64,000 bases of DNA, taken from the NCBI GenBank assembly GCA_965221165.1, contig CBDCRP010000003.1, forward strand, positions 224,001 to 288,000. The letters are read 5' to 3'. The stretch is from a bacterium. GTDB taxonomy: Bacteria > UBA8248. Both the position numbers and the translations under genes were made by a program. Of the stretch, positions 62,361 through 64,000 are shown piece by piece. Below the pieces are notes generated by a model, which saw nothing but the letters and a program-made list of their open reading frames with translations, was not told where the DNA came from and searched no databases. Positions within the stretch are counted from its first letter, which is position 1, and each line of letters opens with the position of its first letter.

Positions 62361-63410
62361 CTACCCCCCGATTTCCGCACGAACGATGGCCGCGCCTTGG
62401 GCCAAGGATTTGAGCTTGCCGAAAGCGGTGTCGCGCTCCATGTATTTCATGCCGCAATCCGGAGCGAGGATGAGCCGCTCGGGCGATACGTGCTCGAGCG
62501 CCGCCCGGATGCGCGCGGCGACCGTCTCGGGCGATTCGACGCCTGGGTCGCCGTTGTCGATGACGCCCAGGATGATGGTCTTGTCCGGCAGCTTCTCCAG
62601 CACGGCGAGGTCGATGCCCGGCTGGGCCGCCTCGATGGATATCTGATCGATGTCGCTCTCGTTCAACTCCGGAAGGAAGGAATAGGCGTCGGGCTTGCCG
62701 AGTCCCTGCCAGGCGTGGATGGCCGCGTAGCCGAAGCACATGTGGACGGCCGTGGTGCCCTCGACGCCTGCCAGCGCCTCGCCGAGCACTTCCAGGGCGA
62801 ATTCCTTGGCTATCTCCGCGCGCGCCTGCATGTAGGGCTCGTCTATCTGCACCACGTCGGCGCCTGCGGCGAACATGTCCCTCACCTCCTCGTTCACCGC
62901 GCGGGCGTAGTCGAGCGCCATCGCGCGCTGATCGCCTCCGTAGTAATCATCCTGCGCCTGCTGCGTCATGGTGAAAGGCCCCGGCAGGGTGATCTTGATG
63001 CGCCGCTCCGTGTTGGCGCGCAGAAACTCGACGTCGCTCACCTCGATGGGCGCCGGGCGGTGTATCTTGCCCATCACGCGGGGCACGGGGTTGTCCCGGC
63101 CCGAGCGGTCTTTCGCGAAGCCGTGGCGCTCGGTGTCGATGCCGCCCAGGGCCGTGGCCACGCGGTTCGAATAACTCTCGCGGCGCACCTCGCCGTCCGA
63201 GATGATGTCGATTCCCGCGCGCTCCATGTCGCGTATCGCGAGGAGGGTGGCGTCGTCCTGCGCGGCTTCCAGGAACTCCGGCGCGACTCGCCATATCTCC
63301 TCCGCACGCACGCGCGGCGGGAGGCGCGTGGTGAGATTATCGCGGTCGATGAGCCAGTCGGGCTGGGTGTAGCTGCCCACGACGGTGGTGGGCAGGAGTT
63401 TTTCGGGCAT
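62361..63410 (-). CDS. Short (single-barrel) cobalamin-independent methionine synthase family protein
   Basis: TTVVGSY, SDGEVRR, LPGPFT, QIDEP, HMC, PDCG zinc ligands; 349 aa. Confidence 0.88.
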   Translation of the reverse strand: MPEKLLPTTVVGSYTQPDWLIDRDNLTTRLPPRVRAEEIWRVAPEFLEAAQDDATLLAIRDMERAGIDIISDGEVRRESYSNRVATALGGIDTERHGFAKDRSGRDNPVPRVMGKIHRPAPIEVSDVEFLRANTERRIKITLPGPFTMTQQAQDDYYGGDQRAMALDYARAVNEEVRDMFAAGADVVQIDEPYMQARAEIAKEFALEVLGEALAGVEGTTAVHMCFGYAAIHAWQGLGKPDAYSFLPELNESDIDQISIEAAQPGIDLAVLEKLPDKTIILGVIDNGDPGVESPETVAARIRAALEHVSPERLILAPDCGMKYMERDTAFGKLKSLAQGAAIVRAEIGG

Positions 63411-63500
63411 CGGGACTTCCTCCTCATGTCGCCGAAGCCGGCCCCGGCTCCGTGCGTCTCGAGCGCCACTGCGCGGCGACGCATTCCCCTCAAGAAAGTC

Positions 63501-64000
63501 TTACGGCTTCACCATCACGCGCATCACGCCGTCTTCTCTCGCCTTGAACATGCGCATCGCCTCGTTGAACTCATCGAGCGCGAACGTGTGGGTGAGCATC
63601 TTGTCGGTGGCGATATGGCCGTCTGTGATGACCCGGATCGCTCTCGGGTAGCAGTTGGGCGAGCCGCGCCCGCCGAATATGGCTATCTCGTCGAGCACGA
63701 TGCGGTCGGTGTTGAAGGACACCTCCTGGCCGCCGTTGATGCCTTCCAGCACCACGCGCCCGCCGCGCCGCGCCATGTCCACCGCCTGGCGCATCGTCTC
63801 GGGCGGGCCTGCGCACTCGATGACGAGGTCCACCCCGCGGCCGTCCGTCTCGCGCTTCACGACCTCGACGGGGTCTTCTTTCGTGATGTCGATGGCGCGG
63901 TCCGCGCCGAGTTCCTCCGCTATCCCTAAGCGATAGCCGCGCCCGGTGATGAAGGTTTTGGCCGCGCCCATCATCTTCACGAGTTGGAGCACCGAGAGGC
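63501..64000 (-). CDS. Zinc-binding alcohol dehydrogenase family protein, C-terminal part (5' end outside the window)
   Basis: AEELGAD, TDGRGVDLVIECAG, RRGGRVV, THTFALDEFNEA. Confidence 0.85.
   Translation of the reverse strand, partial: LSVLQLVKMMGAAKTFITGRGYRLGIAEELGADRAIDITKEDPVEVVKRETDGRGVDLVIECAGPPETMRQAVDMARRGGRVVLEGINGGQEVSFNTDRIVLDEIAIFGGRGSPNCYPRAIRVITDGHIATDKMLTHTFALDEFNEAMRMFKAREDGVMRVMVKP

Noticed and set aside
62361-63410. Assignment as metE or epoxyalkane:CoM transferase
   Set aside because: Family membership is clear but specificity cannot be determined from motifs alone, so no gene symbol is given.

Overview
Bacterial chromosomal window, mostly about 60-65% GC by spot counts, with a markedly AT-richer block at roughly 39.4-54 kb. 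It is mainly housekeeping genes: ribD (partial, missed by the ORF track), ppdK, glyS/glyQ, lysC, an apgM-like gene, hom, alaC, lipA, argS, recO, rpsU, era, aspS, comEC, cobB, hisS, the rimP-nusA-ylxR-infB-DUF503-rbfA-truB-rpsO-pnp operon and an E1a/E1b/E2 2-oxoacid/acetoin dehydrogenase cluster, mixed with accessory metabolic genes. The main hidden signal is two genes the ORF track splits or truncates at an in-frame TGA lying exactly at the catalytic Cys position: a DsbA/FrnE-like protein (C-x-x-U-x-x-C, 33361-33993) and an AhpD/CMD-like protein (C-x-x-U, 59045-59707). Each TGA is followed by a hairpin whose GGNC loop begins 22 nt after the stop codon, so both are probable selenoproteins with matching SECIS elements. 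The Sec-DsbA gene lies in an apparent operon with a DUF2064/TIGR04282-type transferase and a TPR lipoprotein. Also present: a frameshifted AT-rich SIR2-like gene, a Dam + beta-class MTase + BglII/BstYI-type nuclease cluster, and a nested mosaic of REP-like palindromes and short repeats at 56.7-59 kb. No tRNA, rRNA, CRISPR array or transposase was recognised.
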